Both the position numbers and the translations under genes were made by a program. A DNA stretch of 64,000 bases from Somniosus microcephalus (taxonomy: Eukaryota): NCBI GenBank assembly GCA_052327205.1, contig CM126212.1, positions 52,824,001-52,888,000 on the forward strand, given 5' to 3'. Shown here piece by piece: positions 40,001 through 52,000 of the stretch (positions are counted from its first letter, which is position 1; every line of letters begins with the position of its first letter). Below the pieces are notes generated by a model. That model was not told the origin of the DNA. It did no database searches and worked only from the letters and a program-made list of their open reading frames with translations.

Positions 40001-43000
40001 ACCAACACTCGAGCAACATTTATTCTGGAAATTCTATGAGGACTTCACCTAAAAAGAATAAGTGCTGTGCTACACCACCTTATTGGACACCTTATAGGAG
40101 TCACCAGGAGAAAGGGAGTGCTTGGTCATTGGCATCTTGCTAGGGGTCCCCCTTGGTCTGGAGGAGGAATGAGAGGAGGACATGAGGCCATGAGGAGGAC
40201 AGACCAGCAGGAGAGAGGGACAGGAGGACGAGGTGGTGTCCTTCCCCCCTGCGGGTACAAGGCGTCCCACCTCCTCTGGACCTTCTCCACCAGGACCTCC
40301 AGTGCCGCATCTGAGAACCTGTGCGCCCTTTCCCCCGGTCCCTGAGCCATCCTGCAACCTGCCGCTGTGTGTCAGCCAGAGCGCTCCACACCTTCAGGGG
40401 AAGCGGGTGCGAGCAGCCCACATATACTAATCCACGAAAACTGTGTCTAATCAGCACTTGCGTGCTAAACCTGCAGGTTTCAAGTTAGACGCCTCCAGGT
40501 AAGTTCAAATTATGGTAATCAGCAATTAGGACCAAAATTGTGTATTAAATCCAGACTTTCAAACAGTCGTGTCTTATAAGCACTGCACCCATTTAGCACC
40601 TGTTTTGACCTTTTGGCCAAAATAGAGAGGCAGAGAGGTTTAGGGAGGGAATTCCAGAGATTAAGGCCTAGGCAGCTGAAAGCATAGTCACCAATGGTGG
40701 AGCAATTAAAATCTGGGACGCGCAAGATGCCAGAATTGGAGGAGTGCAAATATCTCGAAGGCTTGTAGGGGCTGGAGGAGGTTACAGAGATAGGGAGGGG
40801 CAAGGCCATGGAAAGATTTGAAAACAAAGTTGAGAATTTTTTAATTGAGGCATTGCTGGGCCGGGAGCCAATGTAGGTTGGCATGCACAGGGGTGAACAG
40901 GACTTGGTTCGAGATACGGGCAGTAGAATTTTGGATGAGCACAAGTTTATGTAGGGTAGAAGATGGATGCCAAAAATCTCTCATATCTCATTTGGAATAG
41001 GACACCATGAAGATGGCTGCCATGATCCAATCTTAAAGCTTGTTTCTAATAAATGTTTAGTTTGCGTAAACTCTTGAGGAGAATGGCACTGTACAGCAAG
41101 AAGTGTTTTAAATTAATCTGATCCCGGCCTTGAAAGAGCCAGGAAACACCTAGGTTTTCTATTGATCCTCAAAGGCTGCAGTCTTTGTTCAGTACACCAG
41201 TGCTGTGCAAAGATTAAAGAGATCTTTGTCCTTCCATAAATAGAGGAATTTATCTGCATCAAAGTATTTTTTAAATGCCTTTTATTTTTAAACTTCATCC
41301 GCTAATGTTTTTTAAATAATGGCCACAGGGATTGAGGGCCTGAAGGATATTGTGGCGGAGCCACCAAAGGACTCAGATCGTTTGTATATAATTCCTTTAA
41401 CAACATGTTAGCTACAGTCTGAGTCTGTATCTTTATTTATGCTGTTTAACTGTACAGAGTGTGGTTGCTTTAACAGCGCGGCTAAAACGTGATGACGTCA
41501 CGCCGTTCATCACGTGGTCCCCCACTGGCGGGAAAACGTGATGACGTCATGACGTCAGCCACGGGACTGCAGGGGCAGTCCTCGTGGAGCCTCCAGAGAG
41601 AGCAGACCTACATTCGATGTTATCCTGCAGTTTCTTGTTAAAGCCTGTTTGTTTCATTAAAGTTTGTTTTGTTTGATCGCCTGAGTAGAACTCAGTCTTT
41701 TAGTTAGGAACCCACGTTCCTACAATGGTGACCCCGACTTTCGTGAACAGTTTTCGCGGAAGATCTTCAGCATGGACACGAACGCCATGACTCTGAAACT
41801 GCCACAGTTCTGGTAGCAACAACCAGACGCCTGGTTTATCCAGGCTGAAGCCCAGTTCGCCATCAGGAACATCGTCGCGGATCAGACCCGTTATTACTAC
41901 GTGGTCTCCGCCCTCGATAGCGCCACTGCCTCACGGATCGTCAGCCTCCTCGGTAGTCCTCCTAATGACAGCAAGTATGATACGTTAAAGGCGCGGTTGC
42001 TACAGGTCTTCGGGCTCTCCAAGTCAGAACGCGCTCGCCGGCTCCTCGCTATGCCTGGCCTCGGGGACTCCAAACCGTCCGAGCTCATGAGCCAAATGCT
42101 CACGCTCTTGGGTGCCAAGCCGGAATGCTTCCTCTTCCGGGAGCTATTCCTCTGCCAACTGCCGGAGCAGGTGCAGGCTGCCCTAGCCAGATCCGAGATT
42201 ACAGACTGCGCCGAGCTTGCTGCCGAAGCAGATAAGATTTTCACAGTAACCCAGCAGTGCTGCGCGGCCACGAGGCGCCCATCCCCCACAGACGCGGCTC
42301 CAGCTCCTCTTGCAGCAGGCTGTTGCTCCTACCACGCCCGTTTTGGCGCGAAAGCACGACGTTGCCGCTCTCCCTGCAGTTTTTCGCCCAAAACAAAAAC
42401 AAAGCTCCTGCAGCGTTCCTGGCGAAGGAGGACCGGGTCTAACGGGCACTCCACGGCTGCGATGGCCATCGGATCTACGAGGAAGCTTCTTTACATCACC
42501 GATTCGCTATCGGGTCGATGTTTCCTTTGTGACACCGGGGCGCAGCGTAGCATCCTACCTGCGTCGACTCTCGATATGCAAGCTGGGAACCATGGTTTTT
42601 CCCTCGTGGCGGCTAATGGCGCAGCCATTCGAGCTTTCCAAAAACGGCGGGTCCAAGTCTGTTTTGGCGGTCAGTGCTTCCATTAGGAATTCGTCACGGC
42701 CACAGTCTCGCAGGCCATCCTAGGGGCAGATTTTCTGTGTGCCAACGGCCTCCTCGTCGATGTCCGGCACCGCCGGTTGATCAACGTGGCCGCCTTCCAC
42801 TCGATTCCGTGCCACCACGGTACCACTGTGGCGCGCTCTATCGCCTGCGCTTTCCCTTCTCCAGATGACTTCACTCGGCTCCTCGGAGAGTTCCCGGAGC
42901 TGACAATGCCCACTTTCTCCTCCTCGGCCACGAAGCATGGTGCTGAACATCATATCACCACTACTGGCTCCCCGGTTTATGTACGGGCTAGAAGGCTCGA

Positions 43001-46000
43001 ACCCGGCAAGCTCGCGGCTGCGAAAGCGGGGTTCGACATGATGGAGCGGCTGGGGATTATTCACCGGTCGAATAGTCCCTGGTCTTCGCCTCTCCACATT
43101 GTTCCGAAACCGGGCAGCGGCTGGCGGCCATGCGGTGACTACCGATGCCTGAATGACGCCACTACTCCTGATCTGTACCCGATCCCGCATATTCAGGATT
43201 TCTCGGCCCATTTGGCGGGAAATTCTATCTTTTCTAAAGTCAACCTCGTCCGGGGTTATCACCAGGTTCCCGTGCACCCGCAAGATGTCCCGAAAACCGC
43301 AGTCATCACCCCTTTTGGCCTTTTTGAGTTCCTGCGGATGCCGTTTGGCTTGAAGAACACGGCACAGGCTTTCCAGCGCTTAATGGACTCCGTGCTCCGA
43401 GACCTAAACTTCATCTTCGTCTACCTTGACGACATTCTCATCGCCAGCGCTAGCAAGGAAGAGCACATCTCCCATTTGCGTACCCTCTTTACACGCCTCA
43501 GCCAGCATGGTTTGATCATCAACCCGGCCAAGTGCCAGTTCGGCCTGCAGCGGATCGATTTCTTGGGACACCGAATAACATCAGACGGCGCCGTCCCCTT
43601 ACTGATGAAAGTGGAAGCTGTTACCTCTTTCCCGCGCCCACCACCCGTCAAGGCCCTGCAAGAGTTCCTGGGGATGGTCAATTTCTATCACCGATTCATC
43701 CCTAAGGCGGCTCAGCTAATGCAGCCTTTGTACGGGGCCCTCAAGGGCAAGTCCGGTAAGGATCTAATCAGCTGGACGGCTGAGATGGACCAGGCGTTCG
43801 TCAACATCAAGAGCGCTTTGGCCAATGCAACCATCCTGGCGCACCCACTTCCAGGTGCCACCATCGCCCTTACCACAGACGCGTCAGACTACGCCATCGG
43901 CGCAGTGCAGGAGCAGTGGGCGAACGGCACGTGGCAGCCGCTGGCGTTTTTCAACCGTCAACTACGGAAAAATGAAAGAAAATACAGCACCTTTGATCAA
44001 GAGTTACTGGCCCTTTTCCTAGCCATTCGCCATTTCCGGTTCTTATTAGAAGGACGTCCCTTCACGGCTTTTGTCGACCACAAGCCTCTAACGTTTGCCA
44101 TGGCCAAGACCGCCGAACTGTGGTCCGCTCGTCAACAACGTCACCTGACGTTTATTTCTGAATTTACCACGGACATTCAACATGTGTCTGGTAAAGACAA
44201 CCTGGTGGCCGATTGCCTCTCCCATGCGACGGTCCATGCGGTTCACCTGGGGATCGACTACGCCCTCATGGCTGCGGATCAGGCCTCGGACCCAGAGGTC
44301 CAATCATACAGAACCGTCCCCTCTAGTTTCCAAGCGACCGGCATCAGTTTCCAGGCCGCAGGCACCACGCTCCTTTGCGACGTCTCCATGGACGTTCCCC
44401 GACCTATCATGCCAGTCGCATGGCGCCAGAAGATGTTTGATGCCATACACGGGTTGTTGCACCCTGGTATGAAGGCTTCACAACGGCTAATGTCGGCGAA
44501 GTTCATCTGGAAGGGTATGCACCTCGATGTCCGTGACTGGGCCAACACCTGCGTGGTCTGCCAGAAGGCCAAGGTCCAGCGTCATGTAAAGCTCCAGTGG
44601 CTACGTTCGCTGTTCGGAGCGTCGTTTCAACCATGTGCATGTGGACCTTGTGGGGCCACTTCCGCCTTCTCATGGTTATACACATCTCCTCACCATGGTG
44701 GACCGCACCACTAGGTGGCCAGAGGCAATTCCTTTGGTTTCCACCACTTCGGCAGACGTCGCTAGAGCTTTCATCGCCTGTTGGGTTGCTCGTTTCGGGG
44801 TATCGGCAGACATCTCTTCCGATCGTGGGCCACAATTTTCCTCGGAACTCTGGAACGCTGTAGCTCAAGGGCTCGGCACCAAACTTCATCGCACCACCGC
44901 CTATCATCCACAGGCGAACGGCCTTTGCGAGCGATTCCACAGGTCGCTTAAAGCCGCCCTATGGGCCAGTCTTCAAGGTGCAGGATGGGTGGACAGACTC
45001 CCATGGGTCCTTTTGGGTCTTCGTACGGCGCCCAAAGAAGACCTGCAATCGTCCTCGGCCGAACTCGTTTATGGCCAGCCGCTCCGAGTACCAGGGGATT
45101 TCCTCCCTTCTCCCACAGAGCCATGGTCCGCCTCCCAGCAACTCGTCAGCCACCAGGAAGCGGCCAGATGCTTCGCTCCGGTGCCTACATCAAATCACGG
45201 CTTACAGAGCTCCCATGTGCCAGCGGAGCTGAAGAATGCCGAGTACATATTTATCCACCACGACGCTCACTGGGATCCGCTCACCCCCCTTACACTGGTC
45301 CTTTCCGCGTCATCGAATCAGGAGACAAATCCTTTTCGGTCGACATCGGAGGAAAGCTGGATCACATTTCGGTGGACCGGTTGAAGCCGGCTCACCTGGA
45401 CCTGGACCGCCCAGTCGTCGTCGCTCAACCGCCGAAACGTGGCCGACCGCCCGCAGCCGCCATGCCAGATCAACCACAGCCGCCCGCCAGCTCAACCACA
45501 CTCACCACGCCAGCTCACCCACAACCGCCCGCCAGCTCGACCACCGTCCATCAGCTTCCTCTGCAGGGTTACCGAAGTCGCTCGGACAGACTTGTCAGGC
45601 CTCCTCGACGTCTCACTTTTGCTGTTAAAGACAATTCTGCGGGGGGGGGGGGGGCGCATGTGGCGGAGCCACCAAAGGACTCAGATCATTTGTATATAAT
45701 TCCTTTAACAACATGTTAGCTACAGTCTGAGTCTGTATCTTTATTTATGCTGTTTAACTGTGCAGAGTGTGGTTGCTTTAACGGCGCGGCTAAAACGTGA
45801 TGACATCACGCCGTTCATCACGTGATCCCCCACTGGCGGGAAAATGTGATGATGTCATGACGTCAGCCTCGTGGAGCCTCCAGAGAGAGCAGACCTACAT
45901 TCGATGTTATCCTGCAGTTTCTTGTTAAAGCCTGTTTGTTTCATTAAAGTTCGTTTTGTTTGATCGCCTGAGTAGAACTCAGTCTTTTAGTTAGGAACCC

Positions 46001-49000
46001 ACGTTCCTACAATATCATAATTATAGCCATAGAAACAAATTATTGCTTCTGAGCAGGGTCAAACTGGATTTAGCATGATTCTTATCTCATACAATTTGAT
46101 TTCAACATAAGAGATGAATGAATGCATCAGTCCATCAACATTTCAAAACGTATGACAATATTGGATGGCATAGCCAACACACATCACAGCACGGGTCTGT
46201 GCTATTCTTTCACTTCTAGCATCTGTTATAGCCAAGCAACCACTCGAATTGGTCTGGTAATAATGAGTTGCTTTCATTTCCAGACCCTCAAGAATATTCC
46301 GTCAAAGAGTAACAAAAGCAATACAAGAGAAGACATTGGAGTGTAATTGTTACCGTGTGCTTACTCCCATCATGGGATATAACAAATGTGTCAGAATCCA
46401 GGTTTGCATCCAGCCTAGACTGATAAAAGCTCTACATGAAATGCATATTAAAAGGAATATGTTAAGCGTTGATCCACTGATCTCCTCTGAGTTCTAGGCT
46501 GTGGTCCTATACAGTTGGCAGAGACATGATATGTACATTTTTAATTCCGATTTTTATTGGTATTTACAATTCATACAAAAGTAGAGAAGTTATGCTTAAC
46601 CTTTATAAAGCACTGGTTAGGCCGCAGCTGGAGTATTGCATCCAGTTCTGGTCACCACACTTTTGGAAGGATGTGAAGGCCCTTGAGAGGGTGCAGAAGA
46701 GATTTAGCAGAATGGTTCCAGGGATGGGGGATCTTAGCTATAAGGACAGGTTGGAGAAGCTGGATTTGTTTTCATTAGAGCAAAGAGGGTTGAGGGGTGA
46801 TTTGATAGAGGTGTACAAGATTATGACGAGTTTGGATAGGCTAGACGGGGAAAGGCTGTTCCCACTAGTTGATGGTACAAGGACTAGGGGACACAGATTT
46901 AAGGTTTTGGGCAAGAGATTCAGGGGGAACGTGAGGAAAAACTTTTTTCCGCAGCGAGTGGTGAGGACCTGGAACTCGCTGCTGATGGAAGTGGTGGAAG
47001 CGGAGACACTCAATGATTTCAAGGGGAGACTGGATAGGCACTTGAAGGAAATAAACTTGCAGGGCTATGGGGATAGATCGGGGGAATGGAACTGACTGGA
47101 TTGCTCTACAGAGAGTCGGCACAGACTCGGTGGGCTGAATGGCCTCCTTCTGTGCCATTATGACTCTATGACTCTATGGAGGCAAAATTGGGTGGAACCC
47201 CGAAAAAGTTGGCGCCTCCGCACCCGAAATTTACTGGTAGCGCCCCAAGAGGGAGGTGGGGTGCTACTGGAAGGGGGCTTATTAAAGGGGAGGGGCCTAG
47301 CGCAGCCCGACCCGGGGCCCAGCTGGGTCAGCAGGGATCGGAGTGCAGGCAACAAAGCCTGGCACTCAAGAGAAGTGCCGGGTTCACGGAGCGTAGCCGG
47401 CAGTCCGCGGGGGGGGTTGGTCAGGAGGCCGGGGACAGCAACGGGGGCAGGTGCTGGCAGGCAGCCAGCAACAAAAATGGCCGCCCGGCACCTCCCCTTT
47501 AATTTGCGCCGCCCCAGCTGCAGGTAGGCCCCCTTGACCCTGTCGGACATAGAGTCCGGCGGTAAGTCAGGGGGCACTACCAAAGATCGCGGCCAGGGCG
47601 CTGCACATGGCGATGACGTCATCACCGGAGGTGCAGCACTGCGGGGCGCTAACGGTTACCGCTGCCGCTAACCTCCTGCTGAATTTCGCGGGAGGAGTTA
47701 GCGCTGCCGTGCCCAGGCGCTAGTTGCTTTGCGCCCCGTTAGCGCCCCCTTAGGGCACTAATGGGAGGCGCGAATCAACCGAATTTTCCCCCCTATGACT
47801 CTATACACACCTCACTGATGATATTGTTGTAATACATTCAAAAATATACATGAGAACTGGAGGTGCCTTGAGGCCAGCCTCAGGAGAATTTCAAAGATTG
47901 ATCCTTGGTATAAGACAAGGGACACAAGCCATACATGCTTAAGGCTCCTTCCCGGAGCCCCACAGCGATCCAGCAAGTACAACTCTAATAGGCATTTCAT
48001 TGCAATCAGATCATGGTGACACATCCTTGCTTGTGCATTTTGTCCTAATCTTTCCTGCTCCTCACTCCACTCACGCTGAAGTCACACTCTTAGATCCTCA
48101 AATGCTTTGTACTCTTCTAATATATATAATCTTTACAAAGAGGCAGTATGACTGACTGAAGTAAATACTTGATTATTGAACCATCTTATTAATTGACTGT
48201 TTTGATTAGGTGACTAGAAATGCTAAAAAAAACGATTTTATCTACAGCTGTATCTCCATTCTTTTTTCCAACTCCCATCTCAGATTTTCTCTCCTCCTGC
48301 CTCGAAGGCACTCATTCACGTTGGGCTGTAATTCAACAGGTGCCGACCTCCCAAGCAGCCATTCATTATCTGTGAACCTACACAATGGCTCCAAGATTTA
48401 TGGGGCGGGTGTGGGAGAGGAAAGAAATGGCCAGTGAACGCGTCAAGGCCGGGGCTATGGAGGTTCTGCCGAATTTAACAGCAGGATCATATTCTAATTT
48501 TTTTCATCCGTTTCCCGCCCAGCAGCCCGCCAGATTGATAGGCTGGCCGACTGACAGGTGGTAAAACCAGCGGGGGATCTTTGGGGACAGTCTCCATCAA
48601 TCGGGAGGGGGAGGGGGGAAGGCAGGAGATTGGGGTTGGGGGTGGGGGGTTTGGAGAGAGAGACCATCACAGGGTGGGGTGGTGACGAAGGCTGGAGATC
48701 GGGGTTTGTGGGGGGAGCGTGAAAGAGAGATCATCACGGGGGGCGGGTGGGGCAGAGGCCAGGGCTTGCGAGGGGTAGAGAGACCATGATGGAAGGAGGG
48801 GGGGGGGAAGCGCCGGTGCTTGGGGGTGGGGTGAGGTCTGCAATCAGAGTCATAGAGTCATACGGCACAGAAGGAGGCCAATCGGCTCATCGAGTCCGTG
48901 CCGGCTCTCTGTAGAGCAATCCAGTCAGCCCCGCTCTATCCCCGTAGCCCTGCAAGTTTATTTCCCTCAAGTGCCTATCCAGTCTCCCCTTGAAAACATT

Positions 49001-52000
49001 GAGTGTCTCCGCTTCCACCACTTCTGTCGGCAGCGAGTTCCAAGTCCTCACCACTCGCTGCCTAAAAAAGTTTTTCCTCACATCCCCCTGTAACTCTTGC
49101 CCAAAACCTTAAATCTGTGTCCCCTAGTCCTTGTACCATCAACTAGTGGGAATAGCCTTTCCCCGTCCAGCCTATCCAAACCCATCATAATCTTGTACAC
49201 CTCTATCAAATCACCCCTCAACCTCCTTTGCTCTAATGAAAACAAATCCAGCTTCTCCAACCTGTCCTAGTAACTAAGATCCCCCATCCCCGGAACCATT
49301 CTGGTAAATCTCTTCTGCACCCTCTCAAGGGCCTTCACATCCTTCCTAAAGTGTGGTGACCAGAACTGGATACTGTACAATACTCCAGTTGTGGCCTAAC
49401 CAGCGTTTTATAAAGGTTCAGCATAACTTTTCTACTTTTCTACTCAATACCTCTATTTATGAAGCCCAAGATCCCATATGCTTTGCTAACCACTCTCTCA
49501 ATATGTCCTGCCACCTTCAGGGACCTATGCACATTATCTCCCAGGTCCCTCTGTCCCTGCACACTCTTTAACACTGTGCCATTAGGTGTATATTGCCTCT
49601 CCCTGTTCCTTCTGCCAAAATGCATTGCCTCACACTTCTGTGTATTAAATTCCATCTGCCACTTGTCTGCCCATTCTGCTAGCCTTTCCATGTCCTGTTG
49701 CAGTCGATTGGTATCATCCTCACTGTTTGCCACACCCCCAAGTTTGGTGTCATCGGCAAATTTAGAAATTCTACTCTGTATTCCAATATCCAGGTCATTT
49801 ATATATAACAAAAAAAGCAGCGGCCCCAACACTGACCCTCGGAGAACACCACTGTCTACCATCCTCCAGTTTGAAAAACAGCCATTTACCACAACTTGCT
49901 GTTTTCTGTCCTTAAGCCAATTCCTTATCCAAGCTGCCACTGACCCACCTATTCCATGAACCTCAATTTTGTTTACCAGCCTTCTATGTCGTACTTTGTC
50001 AAACGCCTTCCGAAAATCCATGTAGACAACATCCATTGCATTCCCTTCATCAATCCTTGCTGATACTTCATAAAAAAATTCAATTAGATTAGTAAAACAT
50101 GATCTGCCTTTTACAAATCCTTAATTAGATTAAATCTCTCCAAGTACCCATTAATTTTTTCCTTGATTATTGTTTCTAAAACTTTACCCACCACTGATGT
50201 TAAACTGACCGGCTTGTAGTTACTAGGATTGTCCTTACACCGTTTCTTGAACAATGGTGTCACATTTGCTACTTTCTAATCCTTAAGCACCTCCCCTGTA
50301 TCTAGGGAAAATTGGAAAATTATGGCAAGCCCTTCCGCTATCTCCTCCCCCAATTCCTTCAGCAACCTGGGATGCAAGCCATCTGGACCAGGCGACTTGT
50401 CCATTCTAAGCATACCCAGCCTTTCTGTGAGGGTGCCGGTCAGTTCCTTCAGTAACCCCTAGATGGCACCTTCACTGGTTGGTTTCCCTTTGTTAATTGT
50501 GACTAGTTTCTCCAGTGTTTATTATTTAACTGCCTTTTATTAGGTTTATTGGTTTCACCTGTTTTTGCTTGTATTTAAGTTCTGTGGTTTCTTCCCTTTG
50601 GGCCCAGTCCTGACAAGGGAGTGAGTCCTGACTAGGTGCTCTTTCTTGACTAGGTGCTCTTTCTTGACTAGGTTCTCAGTCTTGACTAGGTGCTCAGTCT
50701 TGACAAGCCGTTTGCCTTAGTGGTTGCTTGTCTTGAGCTCCTATGTCTATAACTGTTTATCTGTGTTATGTTTTGCTTGTATTTAAGTTCTGTGGTTTTC
50801 CCCTTTGTTCTCGGTCTTGACAGGGTGCTGACAAGTTGCTTAGCCTTGATAAGGTGCTCAGTTTGGACAAGCCGGTTGCCCTGTGATAGCTTGTCTTGAG
50901 CTCAGTCTTGACAAGCCAGTTGCTTCATGGTAGCTTGTCTTGAGTTCCTATCTTGACAAGCCGGTTGCCCTGAGGTAGCTTGTCTTGAGCTCAGTCTTGA
51001 CAAGCCGGTTGCCTCATGGTAGCTTGCCTTGAGTTCCTATCTTGACTAGCCGTTTGCCTATGTGGTAGCTTGTCTTGAGCTCCTATGTTTTGCAACTGTT
51101 TACTTGTGTGATTCTAGTAAAGTATTGTTATTTAAGACTGCATACCTGCTTCTCGCCTCGTCTGTCTGCACTTGGGTCCAGAACCAGCCTCGCCCGGACA
51201 GCACGGCCCCGTGTCTACACGGCCCTGTGACACCAACCCTGACACTTTCTAGTACATCCTGTCTATCAATTTTCAACCCTTCCATTGCTTCTGCCTTTTT
51301 CACTTCTACCGATATTTTGTCAGCATCCATCTCCTTAGTAAACACTGATCTAAAGTACTCATTGATTATTCTAGTCTTGCCCTGCGCCTCTAAGCATATA
51401 TCTCCTTTTTCTCTAATAGGCCCCACCCCGCCTCTTACTACCTGCTTACTGTTTACATGCCGGTAGAAGAATTTTGGGTTCCCTTTTATTTTAACCGCCA
51501 TTCTACTCTCATATTCTCTTTGTCAATCTTAATTTCATCTCCACTTCCCCTCTCAACTTATTGTATTTGGTCTGGTTCTCCCTTGAAGAATTCACCTGAC
51601 ATGCATCATACACCCTCTTTTTTTGTTTCATCATTTTTTATATCTACCTCACCATCCAAGGAGCTCTTGCTTTGGTTCCCTCACCCTTCCCTCTTGTTGG
51701 AATGTACCTAGCCTGTACTTGGAACATCTCCTCCTTAAAGAACACCCATTGTTCCATTACAGTTTTTCCTGTCAGTCTTTGGTTCCATTTTACCCTGGCT
51801 AGATCCTTTTGCATCCCATTGAAGTTAGCCCTATTCCAGTTTAGAAGTTCCACTCTAGATTGTTCCTTGCTCCTCTCCATAGCTGATCTAAATATTATGG
51901 TATGACGATCACTTGAACCCAAGTGTCCTCCCACAAACACTTAGTCGACCTGGCCCACCTTATTCCCAGTACCAGATCCAGCAATGCCTCCTTCCTAGTT

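Noticed and set aside
43240-43250. RT motif A Asp to Asn (KVNLVRG) in element C as a special active site
   Set aside because: GTCGAC to GTCAAC is simple CpG decay in a copy with many other lesions
50620-51085. Repeat-spacer-like palindromic array resembling CRISPR
   Set aside because: Spacers are themselves related, the array is inside a TSD-flanked solo LTR in vertebrate DNA, and no cas genes are present
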